A DNA stretch of 64,000 nt from Methanobacteriota archaeon (lineage in GTDB: Archaea; Thermoplasmatota; E2; DHVEG-1), in assembly GCA_963769885.1 (NCBI GenBank), contig CAVYNH010000001.1:1-64000 (forward strand), read 5' to 3'. Below, piece after piece: positions 31,461-42,298 of this stretch. The translations under genes and the position numbers were made by a program. Under the pieces are notes generated by a model. The model saw nothing but the letters and a program-made list of their open reading frames with translations, had not been told where the DNA came from and made no database searches. The first letter of the stretch is position 1, and each line of letters opens with the position of its first letter.

Positions 31461-32417
31461 ATGAACAAGGAAACAAAATATCTAATATTAATCATAACTT
31501 TATCATGCTTGGTTCTCACTGCAGGACCGTGCATCGCCGTCACAGGCTCGACCCAAAACGCAAGGATTCAAATGCCAGTACCAATAGTCCCAACATCGAA
31601 AACGTCTGGAAATGGTCTTGTCGATTACTGGAGCTTCGATGAGGGCTCCGGCAGCATCGCCCATGACTCAGTCGCAGGTAACGACGGCCAAATCCACTCG
31701 TGCAACTGGGTAGCCGGCCACTCGGGAACCGCCCTGGAATTTCCTTATACTGATAGTTGGGTTGTACTCCCGGGCAGTTTTGATAGCCAGATCACGACCT
31801 TCGTCTCTATCGACGCCTGGATTTATTGGTACGGCCATGGGACATTTCCCTACTCTCATATCATCTTCGACACTCGAAGAGGCGGGTTTACTGGCGGCTA
31901 CGTATTCTTCATCTGGCCTGACGGCATTCTCCGGTTCTACAACGACTTCAAGCCTGAGCAACACATCAACAGCTCGGCACCGATACCAATCAACGTATGG
32001 ACCCACGTCCGTATCGATTTCAATGATGCAACCGATACGATGCAGTTGTTTATCAACGATAAGCTTGATACGACCGCGACAACAACGTACCCCCTGTTAA
32101 GTAATGATTATGGGGCTCTGATTGGGAATAATGTCTACTATGAACCGGCACCGTTTAACGGCATCATCGATGAGGTGAAGATCTACAATTCGCGGCCAAC
32201 CCCTCACAACCTGTTCCTGCTAGGCAGAATTACGAACAAGACCTCGGACAACTCCACCGTCACTTTCAATGCGAAGTCGCTGATCGTCTGGGACAAGAAC
32301 GAATCGATTATCATGAAGCTTAAATCAGGCGAGCAGATAGTCGTCCTGAAGGATTATCGGGGGTTTATCGGGAAACGGTTTGTCATCGGTAAGTTCATGG
32401 GTTACGTGAATTCCTAA
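31461..32417 (+). CDS. Secreted LamG/ConA-like domain protein
   Basis: Signal peptide; YWSFDEGSG, WTHV, FNGIIDEVKIYN. Confidence 0.85.
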   Translation: MNKETKYLILIITLSCLVLTAGPCIAVTGSTQNARIQMPVPIVPTSKTSGNGLVDYWSFDEGSGSIAHDSVAGNDGQIHSCNWVAGHSGTALEFPYTDSWVVLPGSFDSQITTFVSIDAWIYWYGHGTFPYSHIIFDTRRGGFTGGYVFFIWPDGILRFYNDFKPEQHINSSAPIPINVWTHVRIDFNDATDTMQLFINDKLDTTATTTYPLLSNDYGALIGNNVYYEPAPFNGIIDEVKIYNSRPTPHNLFLLGRITNKTSDNSTVTFNAKSLIVWDKNESIIMKLKSGEQIVVLKDYRGFIGKRFVIGKFMGYVNS

Positions 32418-32585
32418 AAATAACCCAAGATGACCGGGGCGGTTCTTCGTATCCTCGATTAATCGCCTCGGCCTTTCATTTATCATTTTCTATACTATTT
32501 TGTTGATTGGAAATTTGGTCTTATAAACATTTGGAGCAGGTGCAGATGCGGCCTGCGCTGCCGACGAATTGGCATGGTTCTTCTT

Positions 32586-33078
32586 CTATTGATGCGTGAG
32601 CATCCAGAGGTGGTCGCCGACGTAATGCAGCGTCTTGATTGCTTTCCCGGCCTTTGAGGCGGTCATCGCCTCCCCGGAGACGAGCGCGATACCGACGGCG
32701 AGGGGCTTGCGGTGCATCTCGTCGCAGACCCAAACCTCGTCCCCCTCCTGGATTTCAGGGTCCGCGGACACGATTCCCGGGGCCATGACGTCCGCGCCGT
32801 TGCTAATGAACCGGATGGCGCCCATGTCGACGGTCACACAACGCCCCGGCGGCTTGTACTTGTCAATGCCGACCAGGGTCATGACCTCACGGTCGTTCCA
32901 GCGGAAAAAGTCGACCTCGTCATAGACGAGGATGACCGTGTATTCTTCAAGCGTCCCGGTGTCCACGGTCGCCGTCTCCGGGAACAGGTCGGTCTTGTAC
33001 CTGCGCCCGCAGTCGAACAAGGAGATCCCGGACTTCTTTCTGCTTCAGACGATGCTGGTTCTTGACGTTCCTCGCCAT
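32586..33078 (-). CDS. PUA-domain RNA-binding protein (MCT-1-like), with an apparent 1-bp frameshift near 33005
   Basis: VDMGAIRFISNGADVMAPGI, HYVGD; N-terminus MARNVKNQHRLKQKE lies in another frame. Confidence 0.8.
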
Positions 33079-33188
33079 ACTCCTCTGTCGCTAACCCACC
33101 ATGCATTTTTAAGACTTGCCGAAACCCTGAACAGGTGACCAAACTCTTATAAATCACACCTGTATTTCGTCCATCCTAGGTAATCCCC

Positions 33189-33407
33189 ATGGTGGAGAAA
33201 CCGTTGAAACTGTTGCACGCCAGCCTCAACAACCGCGTCATCGTCGAACTCCGAGGTGGCGTCCAGTACCAAGGCGTGCTCGACGGCTACGACGTCCCCC
33301 ATATGAATCTGGTGCTGAAGAATGCGGACGAGCAGATAAAAGAGAAAAAGACCAAGCATGAGAGGGTCATCGTCCGGGGGGACAATATCATTTATATATC
33401 TCCATAG
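33189..33407 (+). CDS. lsm: Sm-like (Lsm/SmAP) protein
   Basis: GVLDGYDVPHMNLVL, VIVRGDNII. Confidence 0.93.
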   Translation: MVEKPLKLLHASLNNRVIVELRGGVQYQGVLDGYDVPHMNLVLKNADEQIKEKKTKHERVIVRGDNIIYISP

Positions 33408-33424
33408 GATAGGGGGTAGCCACT

Positions 33425-33589
33425 ATGACGAAGGGAACCACGTGCCGATCCGGGGGACACCGGTCGCATACGATCTGCCGCCGCTGCGGGCATCATTCTT
33501 TTCACCTGCAGAAGCGGCGCTGCGCGTTTTGCGGGTTCGGCGAGACCGCGAAGATCCGACGCTACAACTGGACGCGACGCAAAGTTTGA
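33425..33589 (+). CDS. rpl37e: 50S ribosomal protein L37e (absent from the ORF track)
   Basis: MTKGT...HTICRRCGHHSFH...CAFCGFG...RRYNW; canonical position after lsm. Confidence 0.93.
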   Translation: MTKGTTCRSGGHRSHTICRRCGHHSFHLQKRRCAFCGFGETAKIRRYNWTRRKV

Positions 33590-33772
33590 ATCATCCGTCT
33601 TTTCTTGCTAGGAATAGGGCGTTGTCTCAAAACTCAAAGGTTCCTCCTGAAGCCACTTCAAGACGAGAAAAACGATCTCGGGGGACGGCTGAATACTTTT
33701 GAGACAAAGCCGGGGAATAGTTTCACCCACCCCCTCTTGATGTTTTTAAAGCGGGAGCCTGTTCACATTGGT

Positions 33773-33901
33773 ATGGCAACCCGTGCATGCCCCCGCTGCG
33801 GCCAGGCCATTGACGTGCAATTCCCGATCCGCCACTACATCTGTCGGGACTGCCGACGCTCTCTGTATCCGTGGCTCTCGACCCAGAAAACAGGATTATA
33901 A
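33773..33901 (+). CDS. 42-aa CPxCG zinc-finger microprotein
   Basis: MATRACPRCGQ...ICRDCRR. Confidence 0.5.
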   Translation: MATRACPRCGQAIDVQFPIRHYICRDCRRSLYPWLSTQKTGL

Positions 33902-33930
33902 GGGGAGAACGATTTCACTGTCACTGTCGT

Positions 33931-34668
33931 ATGTGCTACAGTCTCGCAGTCCTCAGTCCGAAGGAGATGATCCGGGCGCGATTCAACGTCACTCTTCCCC
34001 CGGACGAGCCCCATCCGCAGTACTATTATGTTTCCGCGTTCGACTACCCGCGGCTGCCGGTCATCACCAGCGCGTCGCCGCAGACTCTGTCCTATTTTCA
34101 GTGGGGGCTGATTCCGTCCTGGGTGAAGACCACGCAGGAGGCGGAGACCGTGCGGAAGAAGACGATGAACGCCCGTGCAGAGAGCATCTATGAGAAGCCC
34201 GCCTTCCGCCGGGCGGCCGCGTCGCAGCACTGCCTGGTTGTCGCGGACGGGTTCTTCGAGTGGCAGGAGGTCAATGGGCGCAAATACCCGTATTTCGTCC
34301 GGTTGAAGACCAAGGAGCCGTTCGCCCTGGCCGGCCTCTGGGATTCCTGGGCTGACCCATCGACACGCCAGCAGCTGTGTACGGTGAGCGTCGTGACGTG
34401 TCCGGCGAGCCCGTTGCTGGCGGTGATTCATAACACGGCGAAGCGCATGCCGGTGCTGTTGCCCCCGGCGGTGGAGCGGCGGTGGATCGACCCGCGGCTG
34501 CCGATGTCGGAGGCCCAGGCGCTGCTCGTGCCGTGTACCGACGAGATCTTGGAGGCGTTCACGGTCGCGAAGATTCCGACTGGCAGCAGGGACGCGAACC
34601 GGCCGGAGACGATTGCGCCGCATCGCTACGCGGAGCTATCCTCGCGAGGTCAGTCCTCGCTGTTTTGA
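33931..34668 (+). CDS. SRAP/HMCES abasic-site protein (SOS response-associated peptidase)
   Basis: Met-Cys N-terminus, WGLIP, NARAE, GFFEW, H..RMPV. Confidence 0.92.
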   Translation: MCYSLAVLSPKEMIRARFNVTLPPDEPHPQYYYVSAFDYPRLPVITSASPQTLSYFQWGLIPSWVKTTQEAETVRKKTMNARAESIYEKPAFRRAAASQHCLVVADGFFEWQEVNGRKYPYFVRLKTKEPFALAGLWDSWADPSTRQQLCTVSVVTCPASPLLAVIHNTAKRMPVLLPPAVERRWIDPRLPMSEAQALLVPCTDEILEAFTVAKIPTGSRDANRPETIAPHRYAELSSRGQSSLF

Positions 34669-34754
34669 ACATCTTTGGTTAGCGAAACCCGTATATAGGT
34701 CGAGCTAATTAATGGGCCCCAACATAAAGCAGAAACCCCTTTGAGGTAGCAACG

Positions 34755-35072
34755 ATGGCATTCATAGACCGGATGGAAAAGAACATCGCGAAGCTGGAGA
34801 GACGCATCGAGCGCGAGCAAGGGCGGATCGCCAAGCTGGAAGAGAAATGCGAGGCCAAGAAGATCACCAGGGCTGACTACAACATCAAGCGCCGGGAAAG
34901 CGACGAGCGTACCCGGGGCTGGAACGCCCGGATCCAGACGCTGAAGGGCGGCATCGTCCGCGAGAAGAAACACCTCGAGGAAAAACAAGAGGAAAAAGAG
35001 AAGAAGCGCGAGGAAAAAGAAAAGAAGAAGGAACGCGCAGAGAAAAAGGAAGAGGCAAAAGAATCGCCCTAA
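34755..35072 (+). CDS. Charged coiled-coil hypothetical protein
   Basis: gaggt RBS, E/K-rich open frame. Confidence 0.7.
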   Translation: MAFIDRMEKNIAKLERRIEREQGRIAKLEEKCEAKKITRADYNIKRRESDERTRGWNARIQTLKGGIVREKKHLEEKQEEKEKKREEKEKKKERAEKKEEAKESP

Positions 35073-35096
35073 TCCTTTTTCATTATTTTTTCACTT

Positions 35097-35372
35097 TCAT
35101 CGTCGGACCGCGAACGAGGGAAATGCCCCGGAGAAGTCCGCGAAGTTCACCGCCACATCCTCCACTTTTGCGAACGGCGGGCCTTTCCGGCACCATTTGA
35201 TCATGTCCTCGACTCTGGTCCGGTCTCCTTCAAAGACCGCCTCGACGCAGCCGTCCTCGGTGTTGCGCACCCAGCCCTTCAACCCGAGTTCTTCTGCCTT
35301 GCGCTGGGTGCTCGACCGGAACCAGACGCCCTGCACCATCCCTGAGACTATCACGTGGGCATGCACCTTCAT
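35097..35372 (-). CDS. acyP: Acylphosphatase
   Basis: VSGMVQGVWFR, GWVRN. Confidence 0.93.
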   Translation of the reverse strand: MKVHAHVIVSGMVQGVWFRSSTQRKAEELGLKGWVRNTEDGCVEAVFEGDRTRVEDMIKWCRKGPPFAKVEDVAVNFADFSGAFPSFAVRR

Positions 35373-35396
35373 TGTCCTCACAACTCCTCCAAATTT

Positions 35397-36707
35397 CTAT
35401 GGGCGGAACCGCAGCAGCGTGCGTGGGAACGGGATCGTATCCTTGATGTTCTCCGAATGGCAGATCCACGCCACCGTCCGCTCGACGCCAAGGCCGTAGC
35501 CGGCGTGCGGCACCGAGCCGAACCGCCGCAAATCAAAGTACCACTGATAGTTCTCGACCTTCTCCCCCATCTTCCGCAGCCGCTCAGACATGTACGCGAT
35601 GTCGGTGCTGCGCTGCGAGCCGCCGATGAGCTCCCCGTACCCATCCGGCGCCAGCATATCGAAACACAACGCGGTCTTCGGGTCCTTAGGGTCCGGCGAC
35701 TTGTAAAACGCCATGATGTCCAACGGATAGTTCGTCACCACCACCGGCGTCTGAAAATGCTTCATGATGCTATCCTCCTCGATGGTGCGGAGGTCCTTGC
35801 CCCACTCGACCTCCATCCCCTCCTTCTTCCGCAAGACCTCTAATGCCTCCGTATAGGTAATAGTTGGATACGAGGCGGTGGCCAACCGCTGCAGGCGATG
35901 GGTATCGCACTCGAGGACTTTGAGGTCAGCGGCGTTCTTCTCCAACACCTGGCTGACGATGAAGCGGATCTCGTCCTTGGCGATCTCCGTGATGTCATGC
36001 AGGTCCATCCAGGCGGCCTCCATCTCCGCCATCCAGAACTCCGAGAGATGCCGCGACGTCTTCGACCGCTCCGCCCGGAACGTCGGCCCCACGTTATAGA
36101 TCTTCTCCAACGCGAAGACACCGGCCTCCGCGTACAGCTGCCAGGACTGCGACAGGTACGTCTTATCCTGGTAATACTTGACCTCAAACAGCGTCGAGCC
36201 GCCCTCACACTGGTTCGGCTGCAGCACCGGCGCATCAAACTCATAGAACCCCCGGTCGCGGAAGAACTGATGGATCGCCCCGACCACCGTCGACCGGATC
36301 TTCATCGTCGCCGTTAATTTCCGGGACCGAAGCCACAGATGCCGCTGATCAAGCAGGAACTCCGGGCTCTGATCCTTCGTGATCGGGAACGGCTCCGCCG
36401 CATTCACCACCGTCACCGTACGGGCGAGAATCTCGTAGCCGCCCGGTGCCCGCGGATCCACCTTGACCTCACCACAGAGCTCCACCGACGACTCTATCAA
36501 CGCGGCCTTCGCCGCCTCGAACTCCGCATCCAGCAGATTCCCCTTCTTCACCGTCACCTGGATCACGCCGGAGACGTCCCGCAGCGTCATGAACACGATG
36601 TTCCCGCTGCTCCGAGTCCGATAGATCCAGCCTCGGAGGCAGACCCGCTGCCCCGCCGGCATCCCAATAAGCACATCCTGGACTTGAGACCACGCTGTCG
36701 TCGCCAT
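35397..36707 (-). CDS. asnS: Asparagine-tRNA ligase
   Basis: OB-fold N-terminus, RHLWLRS, LSQSWQLY, FRAE.S.T.RHLSEF, GGSQR, PHAGYGLGVER. Confidence 0.93.
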   Translation of the reverse strand: MATTAWSQVQDVLIGMPAGQRVCLRGWIYRTRSSGNIVFMTLRDVSGVIQVTVKKGNLLDAEFEAAKAALIESSVELCGEVKVDPRAPGGYEILARTVTVVNAAEPFPITKDQSPEFLLDQRHLWLRSRKLTATMKIRSTVVGAIHQFFRDRGFYEFDAPVLQPNQCEGGSTLFEVKYYQDKTYLSQSWQLYAEAGVFALEKIYNVGPTFRAERSKTSRHLSEFWMAEMEAAWMDLHDITEIAKDEIRFIVSQVLEKNAADLKVLECDTHRLQRLATASYPTITYTEALEVLRKKEGMEVEWGKDLRTIEEDSIMKHFQTPVVVTNYPLDIMAFYKSPDPKDPKTALCFDMLAPDGYGELIGGSQRSTDIAYMSERLRKMGEKVENYQWYFDLRRFGSVPHAGYGLGVERTVAWICHSENIKDTIPFPRTLLRFRP

Positions 36708-36902
36708 ACTCAGACCAAGGGGATAAGTTAGCCAGATAAAGCAATTACGGTCAAACCAGCCACCAACCTCCCCTGAGTCGCGGCCGCCACTCTCAGATAC
36801 CATGGACCAAATGCTTAAGTAGGGGTTTTTTTATATTGGCAATACTTTCCCATCCTTATTCCGATGAGAATTCACATCTAATCCTACACTGGGGTATCAA
36901 CC

Positions 36903-37532
36903 TTGCCAGAAGAAGAGAAACAACCAACCGAAGCCGGAGAGCAACCAACCGAAGCGCCACGCAAGGAGAAACAAGAGGCCGGTAAACAGCCCAAAAAAGA
37001 AAAGAAGCAAAAACCAGCCGGCGAAGAAGGCGCCAAGAAAAAGGTCGAACACGACGCGAACTTCAACTACATCGTCCGCATCGCCAACACCGACATCAAC
37101 GGCGAACGCAACGTCGTCCAAGGCCTCACCAGCATCAAGGGCATCGGCCGCCACATGGCCGCCTTCGTCGCAGACGCCTCAGGCGTCGACCGTAACCTCA
37201 AATTCGGCACCCTCAGCGAAACCCAGATCCAACAAATCCAGACCGCGCTCCAGAACATCGAGACCACCGCCCCCGCCTGGATGATGAACCGCCGCAAAGA
37301 CCTCTACACCGGCGAAAACCAGCACCTCATCAGCGTCGAAGTCGCCACTAGGCTTCGCGACGACATCAACCTCATGAAGATGATCCGCAGCTACAAAGGA
37401 GTCCGCCACGAGGCAGGACTCCCCGTCCGCGGCCAACGCACCCGCGCCAACGGCCGCTTCGGACTCGCGCTCGGCGTCTCCAAACGCCGCGAAGTCAAAC
37501 CAGGCGGAGCAGGAGCAAAGAAAGAGGAGTAG
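36903..37532 (+). CDS. rps13: 30S ribosomal protein S13 with a charged N-terminal extension
   Basis: YIVRIANTDING, GLPVRGQRTRAN. Confidence 0.95.
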   Translation: MPEEEKQPTEAGEQPTEAPRKEKQEAGKQPKKEKKQKPAGEEGAKKKVEHDANFNYIVRIANTDINGERNVVQGLTSIKGIGRHMAAFVADASGVDRNLKFGTLSETQIQQIQTALQNIETTAPAWMMNRRKDLYTGENQHLISVEVATRLRDDINLMKMIRSYKGVRHEAGLPVRGQRTRANGRFGLALGVSKRREVKPGGAGAKKEE

Positions 37533-37538
37533 TAACCC

Positions 37539-38324
37539 ATGAGCAGCCCAAAGTTCCCCAGCAAGAAATACGAGACTCCCCTGCACCCCTGGAAAGAGAG
37601 CCGGATCAAGGCTGAACGCGAAATCATCAAGAAATATGGCTTGAAGAATCACGTCGAGGTCTGGAAGGCGAAGACATACCTGGGCAAGAACCGTCACCAT
37701 GCCCGTGAGCTCCTCGCCAAGGTCGGCACCCCGACCCCTCAGGTCAAGAAAGAGAGCGACCAGCTCCTCAACCACCTCACCCACATGGGCATCCTGCCCA
37801 TGGGATCGTCCCTCGACGACGTCCTCGCGTTGGACATCGACACCGTCTTGAACCGACGCCTGCAGACCCTCGTCTACCTGAAAGGCTTCTCCAGCACCCC
37901 GTTCCAGGCCCGCCAGCTGATCAGTCACGGGCACATCGCCATCGGGCCGCAGAAAGTCACGGTCCCCGGTTACATGGTCCCCAAGGAACAGGAGACCCTC
38001 ATCCAGTACACCATGAAATCCCCGCTGAACGAGCTGTCCCACCCGGCCCGACCGAAGATCGAAGGCCTCGCTCGCCCAGCCGCGCCATTGCCACGTGAGC
38101 CTGGAGCAGCACCCGCCCCTACCCCTACTCCTGCTCCTGCCCCTGCCGCTCCTCAACCCGGTGCAGCGACACCAGAGGCACCCCGTCCGGCCCCGGCGGC
38201 ACAGCCCGCGCCGACGGCGCCCCCACGGCAAACGGAGCCGCGCCCGAAGAAGGCCAAGAAACCGAGGAGAGAAGAGAAGAAGCCTGCTGAGACGGCGAAG
38301 GAGCCGACAAAGGAGGCTGCGTAA
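37539..38324 (+). CDS. rps4: 30S ribosomal protein S4 with a Pro/Ala/Lys-rich C-terminal extension
   Basis: [23 protein letters not shown]. Confidence 0.95.
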   Translation: MSSPKFPSKKYETPLHPWKESRIKAEREIIKKYGLKNHVEVWKAKTYLGKNRHHARELLAKVGTPTPQVKKESDQLLNHLTHMGILPMGSSLDDVLALDIDTVLNRRLQTLVYLKGFSSTPFQARQLISHGHIAIGPQKVTVPGYMVPKEQETLIQYTMKSPLNELSHPARPKIEGLARPAAPLPREPGAAPAPTPTPAPAPAAPQPGAATPEAPRPAPAAQPAPTAPPRQTEPRPKKAKKPRREEKKPAETAKEPTKEAA

Positions 38325-38326
38325 GC

Positions 38327-38710
38327 ATGGCACGAAAAGGCATCGCCCATATCTATTCTTCATTTAACAACATCATCATCACCATCACTGATTCGACGGG
38401 AGCTGAGACCGTCGCGAAATGCTCGGGAGGCATGGTCACCAAATCCGCAAAGGATGAGGGATCCCCCTACGTCGCGATGCGCGTTGCTCAGGCCGCCGCT
38501 GAGGCTGCTTTGGAGAAGGGGTTTGACAACGTCAACGTCCTGATTCGCGGTAAGGGCGGCAAGAAGGGCGGTACTCCCGGCCGAGGTGCCCAGACGGCGA
38601 TCCGCTCGCTGGTGCGGGCTGGCTTGAAGATCGGTACGATTGAAGATGTGACCCCGCATCCGCATGATGGCTGCAAGCCGAAGGGCGGGAAACGCGGCCG
38701 TCGGATCTAA
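38327..38710 (+). CDS. rps11: 30S ribosomal protein S11
   Basis: [20 protein letters not shown]. Confidence 0.96.
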   Translation: MARKGIAHIYSSFNNIIITITDSTGAETVAKCSGGMVTKSAKDEGSPYVAMRVAQAAAEAALEKGFDNVNVLIRGKGGKKGGTPGRGAQTAIRSLVRAGLKIGTIEDVTPHPHDGCKPKGGKRGRRI

Positions 38711-38721
38711 GGGTGACCCTT

Positions 38722-39513
38722 ATGATCGTGAAGTCGATGGAGTTTAAAGGGAATAAGGCTGAGGTTCGGCTTGAGGACACGGATCTGTATTTTGTCAACT
38801 CGCTGCGCCGGGTGATGCTGGCGGAGCTGCCGAAGCTGGCCATCGACGACGTCATCATCTACGACAACACCAGCCCGCTGTTCGATGAGATCATCGCGCA
38901 TCGGCTCTCGCTCATCCCTATCCCCACGGACCTGGAGCTGCTGACGTATCGGAGTCAGTGCAAATGCGAAGGCAAAGGCTGTCCGAGCTGCACCGTGCGC
39001 TACACGCTGAGCAAGGAGGGCGCCGGGGTCGTCTACTCTGGTGACCTGCAGCCGGAGCATCCCAGTTTTGCGATTAAGGAGACCCGGATTCCGATCGTGG
39101 AGTTGTCCAAGGACCAGCGGGTGATCCTCGAGGTCGAGGCCGTGCTGGGCAAAGGCCGGGAGCATGCCAAGTGGCAGCCGGTGATCGCCCCGCGGTACAG
39201 CATGGAGCCGGTCATCGAGATGGACAAGAAGCATCTCACCGAGGCCAAGGCGTTCCTGTCTGAGCTGCCTGCGGGGCTGGTCGAGGTCAAGGGGACGACG
39301 GTCGTGCTGAAGGACCGGTCCCGCCTGCCGGAGCTGGAGCAGTACCTGGAGCGCGGCAAGGAGGGCAGCGTCACCCTGCGGCGGGATCCGACGCGGATCA
39401 CGTTCACGTTTGAGACCGACGGGTCGCTGAGTCCCAAGGACGCCTTGAAGGAGTCGGTGGCGATACTTTTGCGGAAGTACGAGGAGTTCGCTACGCGCCT
39501 CAAGAAGCTCTGA
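38722..39513 (+). CDS. rpoD: RNA polymerase subunit D (Rpo3)
   Basis: NSLRRVMLAE, DEIIAHRLSLIP, EHAKWQP. Confidence 0.95.
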   Translation: MIVKSMEFKGNKAEVRLEDTDLYFVNSLRRVMLAELPKLAIDDVIIYDNTSPLFDEIIAHRLSLIPIPTDLELLTYRSQCKCEGKGCPSCTVRYTLSKEGAGVVYSGDLQPEHPSFAIKETRIPIVELSKDQRVILEVEAVLGKGREHAKWQPVIAPRYSMEPVIEMDKKHLTEAKAFLSELPAGLVEVKGTTVVLKDRSRLPELEQYLERGKEGSVTLRRDPTRITFTFETDGSLSPKDALKESVAILLRKYEEFATRLKKL

Positions 39514-39695
39514 GTTGATTGTTCTCATACCTTCCCGATGAGTCAACTATTTTATCTGAATGGTCAAGTTACTTGTTAATTATTTTACTAATTGTTTCCC
39601 TTGATAAACACCGTTTTCAGTTGGTTCCGTGTTGCTGGTGCGTCTAAGGTTTTATTAAGGACGCGATGATTTTTATTCGTAATAGAGGAAGGAAA

Positions 39696-42173
39696 ATGGC
39701 TAGAAAACTACTCGCTATTCTTGCATGCCTGCTCATGATGGGCAGCGTGTTCGTAGGCATCTCTTCCAGTGGAACACCAAAAACCGGCACCCTGACCGTC
39801 ACCATCCCCGTCGGCCCCTACACCATCGAGCACACCCCGCAGGGCGACGTTATCTCCGTCGAAGGATACGGCCGCCTCCTCACCCCGGGCAAGCCGAGTC
39901 TGCCATCCCGCATCTTCTCCATCGCCATCCCACCAGGCGCAACGGTCGTAGACGTCAACGCTGATTCGACGGAAACCCCGATCGTAGGAGTCTATACTAT
40001 ACCGCCGGCGACGCTGCCGCGCGTTATCGGGGAAGAAGACCCCAGCGTCTACGCGCAGGAGCTGCAGACCTACCAGTCCAACTACGCCAGCGTCTACTTC
40101 ACCAACGCCCCGTACCCATCCACCGTCGCACAACTCGTCGGCGCCGGCGGTTACCGGAAATACAACCTCGTCGACATCCGTATCAACCCCATCGCCTACA
40201 ACCCTATCGAAAGCACCTTGACTCTCCGTTCCTCGATCTCGGTCACACTCTCGTACACGATTCCTGATGGCGTCCAATTAATGAATGACAACCTTCCAAG
40301 CACTGAGCGAACAGCCCAGGACATCATCCTTAACTATGCGCAGGCACAATCCTGGTATCCCCCCTCTGCCTCAGCGAGGGGGCTGTATGAATATGTCATC
40401 ATCACTACGGATGCCCTTGCGTCCTCGGTGAGCGCCCTCTCCTCGTGGGAAAGCACGAAGGGGAAGAGCGTCAACGTGGTGACAACCTCCTGGATCGACA
40501 GCCATTACACCGGTTACAACCTCTCTGCGAAAATGCGAGCCTTCCTCCGCGAGAAGTATCCCTCCTCGCAGTGGGGCATCGAGGACGTCTGCCTCATCGG
40601 CAGCTACGCGGATGTCCCCATGCGGTCCACTGCGCAGGATGTCGGCTACGGCGCTACCAAGACCGACTACTACTATGCGGAGCTCTCCCTCCCCGACAGC
40701 CAATCCTGGGATATTGACGGGGACCACCGATACGGCGAGGACTCCGACCCCATTGATTTCCAGGCAGAGGTCAACGTCGGCCGCATCCCCTGGAACACCC
40801 CAAGCGTTGTGGCCGGCATCTGCGAAAAATCGGTCGCCTATGAGCAGAACACGGAGGAATCCTACAAGAAGAACATCCTCCTGCTCGGCTCCTTCTTCTG
40901 GGCGGACACCGACAACGCCGTCCTCATGGAGGCAAAGGTCAACCAGCCGTGGATGTCGGACTGGACGATGACCCGCTTATACGAGGACGCGCAATCTTCC
41001 CACCCCTGTAATTATGACCTGACGTACGCCAACGTCGAGTCCGTCTGGTCCCAGGGGACGTACGCCTTCGTCGACTGGGCCGGACACGGCTCAGAGGACG
41101 CGGCCTATGAGCTGTATCCCCAGCAGCCGTTCGTTGACGAGGACACGTTGTTGTCTCTCGATGACGGCTATTCAGCGATCGTCTTCGCCGACGCCTGCAG
41201 CAACGCGGATTCTGACTACCTCAACATCGCGCAGGCGACGCTGAAACAGGGCGGCGTCGGGTTCGTCGGCTCCAACAAGGTCGCCCTCGGATGCCCGGGA
41301 TGGACCGGGCCCATGAGTGGTTCCAGCCAGTCTCTCGACTACTTCTTCACCACCTGCTGCACCTCCTGTAACTATACCCAGGGTGCAGCGCTGCAGTACG
41401 CCCTCCGCCAGATGTACCAGAACAACCTCTGGGACTATCTGCGCTACGAGATGTTCGAATGGGGGGACCTGTACGGGAACCCTGATCTCTCCATGGGACC
41501 TGCCATTACGAGCAATCCGCCGAGCACCCCCACGCTCGTCGGCCCGGCCCACGGTCTCGTGAACTTCACCTACCAATACTCGAGCTCCTCGTCTGACCCG
41601 GACGGCGACCAGATTTATTTCTTGTTCGACTGGGGCGACGGGTTGAACAGCGGCTGGCTCGGGCCTAAGGCCTCGGGATCGACGGCCACGGCGAATCACA
41701 CCTGGTCTGCGTTAGGCAACTATACCGTGAGAGTCAAGGCTAAGGATGTCAACGGGGCAGTGAGCGAATGGTCGGCTCCGATTGCCCTGACTATCGCGAA
41801 GAATAGCGCGCCTGAGCGTCCTCTGGTCCATGGGCCGACGTCCGGTGCACCGCGCAAGCCCTGTTCGTACACCATCCAGACCACTGATATCGACGGGGAT
41901 AACGTCTCCTATTACGTCGACTGGGGCGATGGCAGGACAACCGACTGGATCGGGCCCTACGCGTCAGGTGAGCAGATCATCCAGAACCATACCTGGCTGA
42001 TCCGCGGGCTCTATAACGTGAAGGTGAAGGCCCGAGACGGCCTGGGCTTTGAGAGCGGCTGGGGGACCGTGCAGGTGCACATGCCGTACTATCCGCCGTT
42101 GCTGGCCTTGCTGCACCGGCTGTTCGACCGGTTCCCGAACGCGTTCCCGGTCCTGCGGCATCTCTTCGGTTAG
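39696..42173 (+). CDS. Secreted C25 (gingipain-like) cysteine peptidase with two PKD-like domains
   Basis: Propeptide, YVIIT, VGRIP, WAGHG and ADACS dyad, YGNP, DWGDG twice. Confidence 0.9.
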   Translation: MARKLLAILACLLMMGSVFVGISSSGTPKTGTLTVTIPVGPYTIEHTPQGDVISVEGYGRLLTPGKPSLPSRIFSIAIPPGATVVDVNADSTETPIVGVYTIPPATLPRVIGEEDPSVYAQELQTYQSNYASVYFTNAPYPSTVAQLVGAGGYRKYNLVDIRINPIAYNPIESTLTLRSSISVTLSYTIPDGVQLMNDNLPSTERTAQDIILNYAQAQSWYPPSASARGLYEYVIITTDALASSVSALSSWESTKGKSVNVVTTSWIDSHYTGYNLSAKMRAFLREKYPSSQWGIEDVCLIGSYADVPMRSTAQDVGYGATKTDYYYAELSLPDSQSWDIDGDHRYGEDSDPIDFQAEVNVGRIPWNTPSVVAGICEKSVAYEQNTEESYKKNILLLGSFFWADTDNAVLMEAKVNQPWMSDWTMTRLYEDAQSSHPCNYDLTYANVESVWSQGTYAFVDWAGHGSEDAAYELYPQQPFVDEDTLLSLDDGYSAIVFADACSNADSDYLNIAQATLKQGGVGFVGSNKVALGCPGWTGPMSGSSQSLDYFFTTCCTSCNYTQGAALQYALRQMYQNNLWDYLRYEMFEWGDLYGNPDLSMGPAITSNPPSTPTLVGPAHGLVNFTYQYSSSSSDPDGDQIYFLFDWGDGLNSGWLGPKASGSTATANHTWSALGNYTVRVKAKDVNGAVSEWSAPIALTIAKNSAPERPLVHGPTSGAPRKPCSYTIQTTDIDGDNVSYYVDWGDGRTTDWIGPYASGEQIIQNHTWLIRGLYNVKVKARDGLGFESGWGTVQVHMPYYPPLLALLHRLFDRFPNAFPVLRHLFG

Positions 42174-42298
42174 ACGACGTGAGAGGGGATTCCCTCCTCT
42201 TTCTTTTTCTTTTTGTCTTTCACCTGGAATTTGGGAAGAGCTTTTCGGACGGTGAGGCAAATCTAATAACCTGATGCTTTATTACGAGACTTCGCCGC

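Noticed and set aside
32990-33020. Frameshift in the PUA-domain gene as possible programmed recoding
   Set aside because: No slippery sequence is visible and the contig shows many single-base indels; sequence error is more likely.
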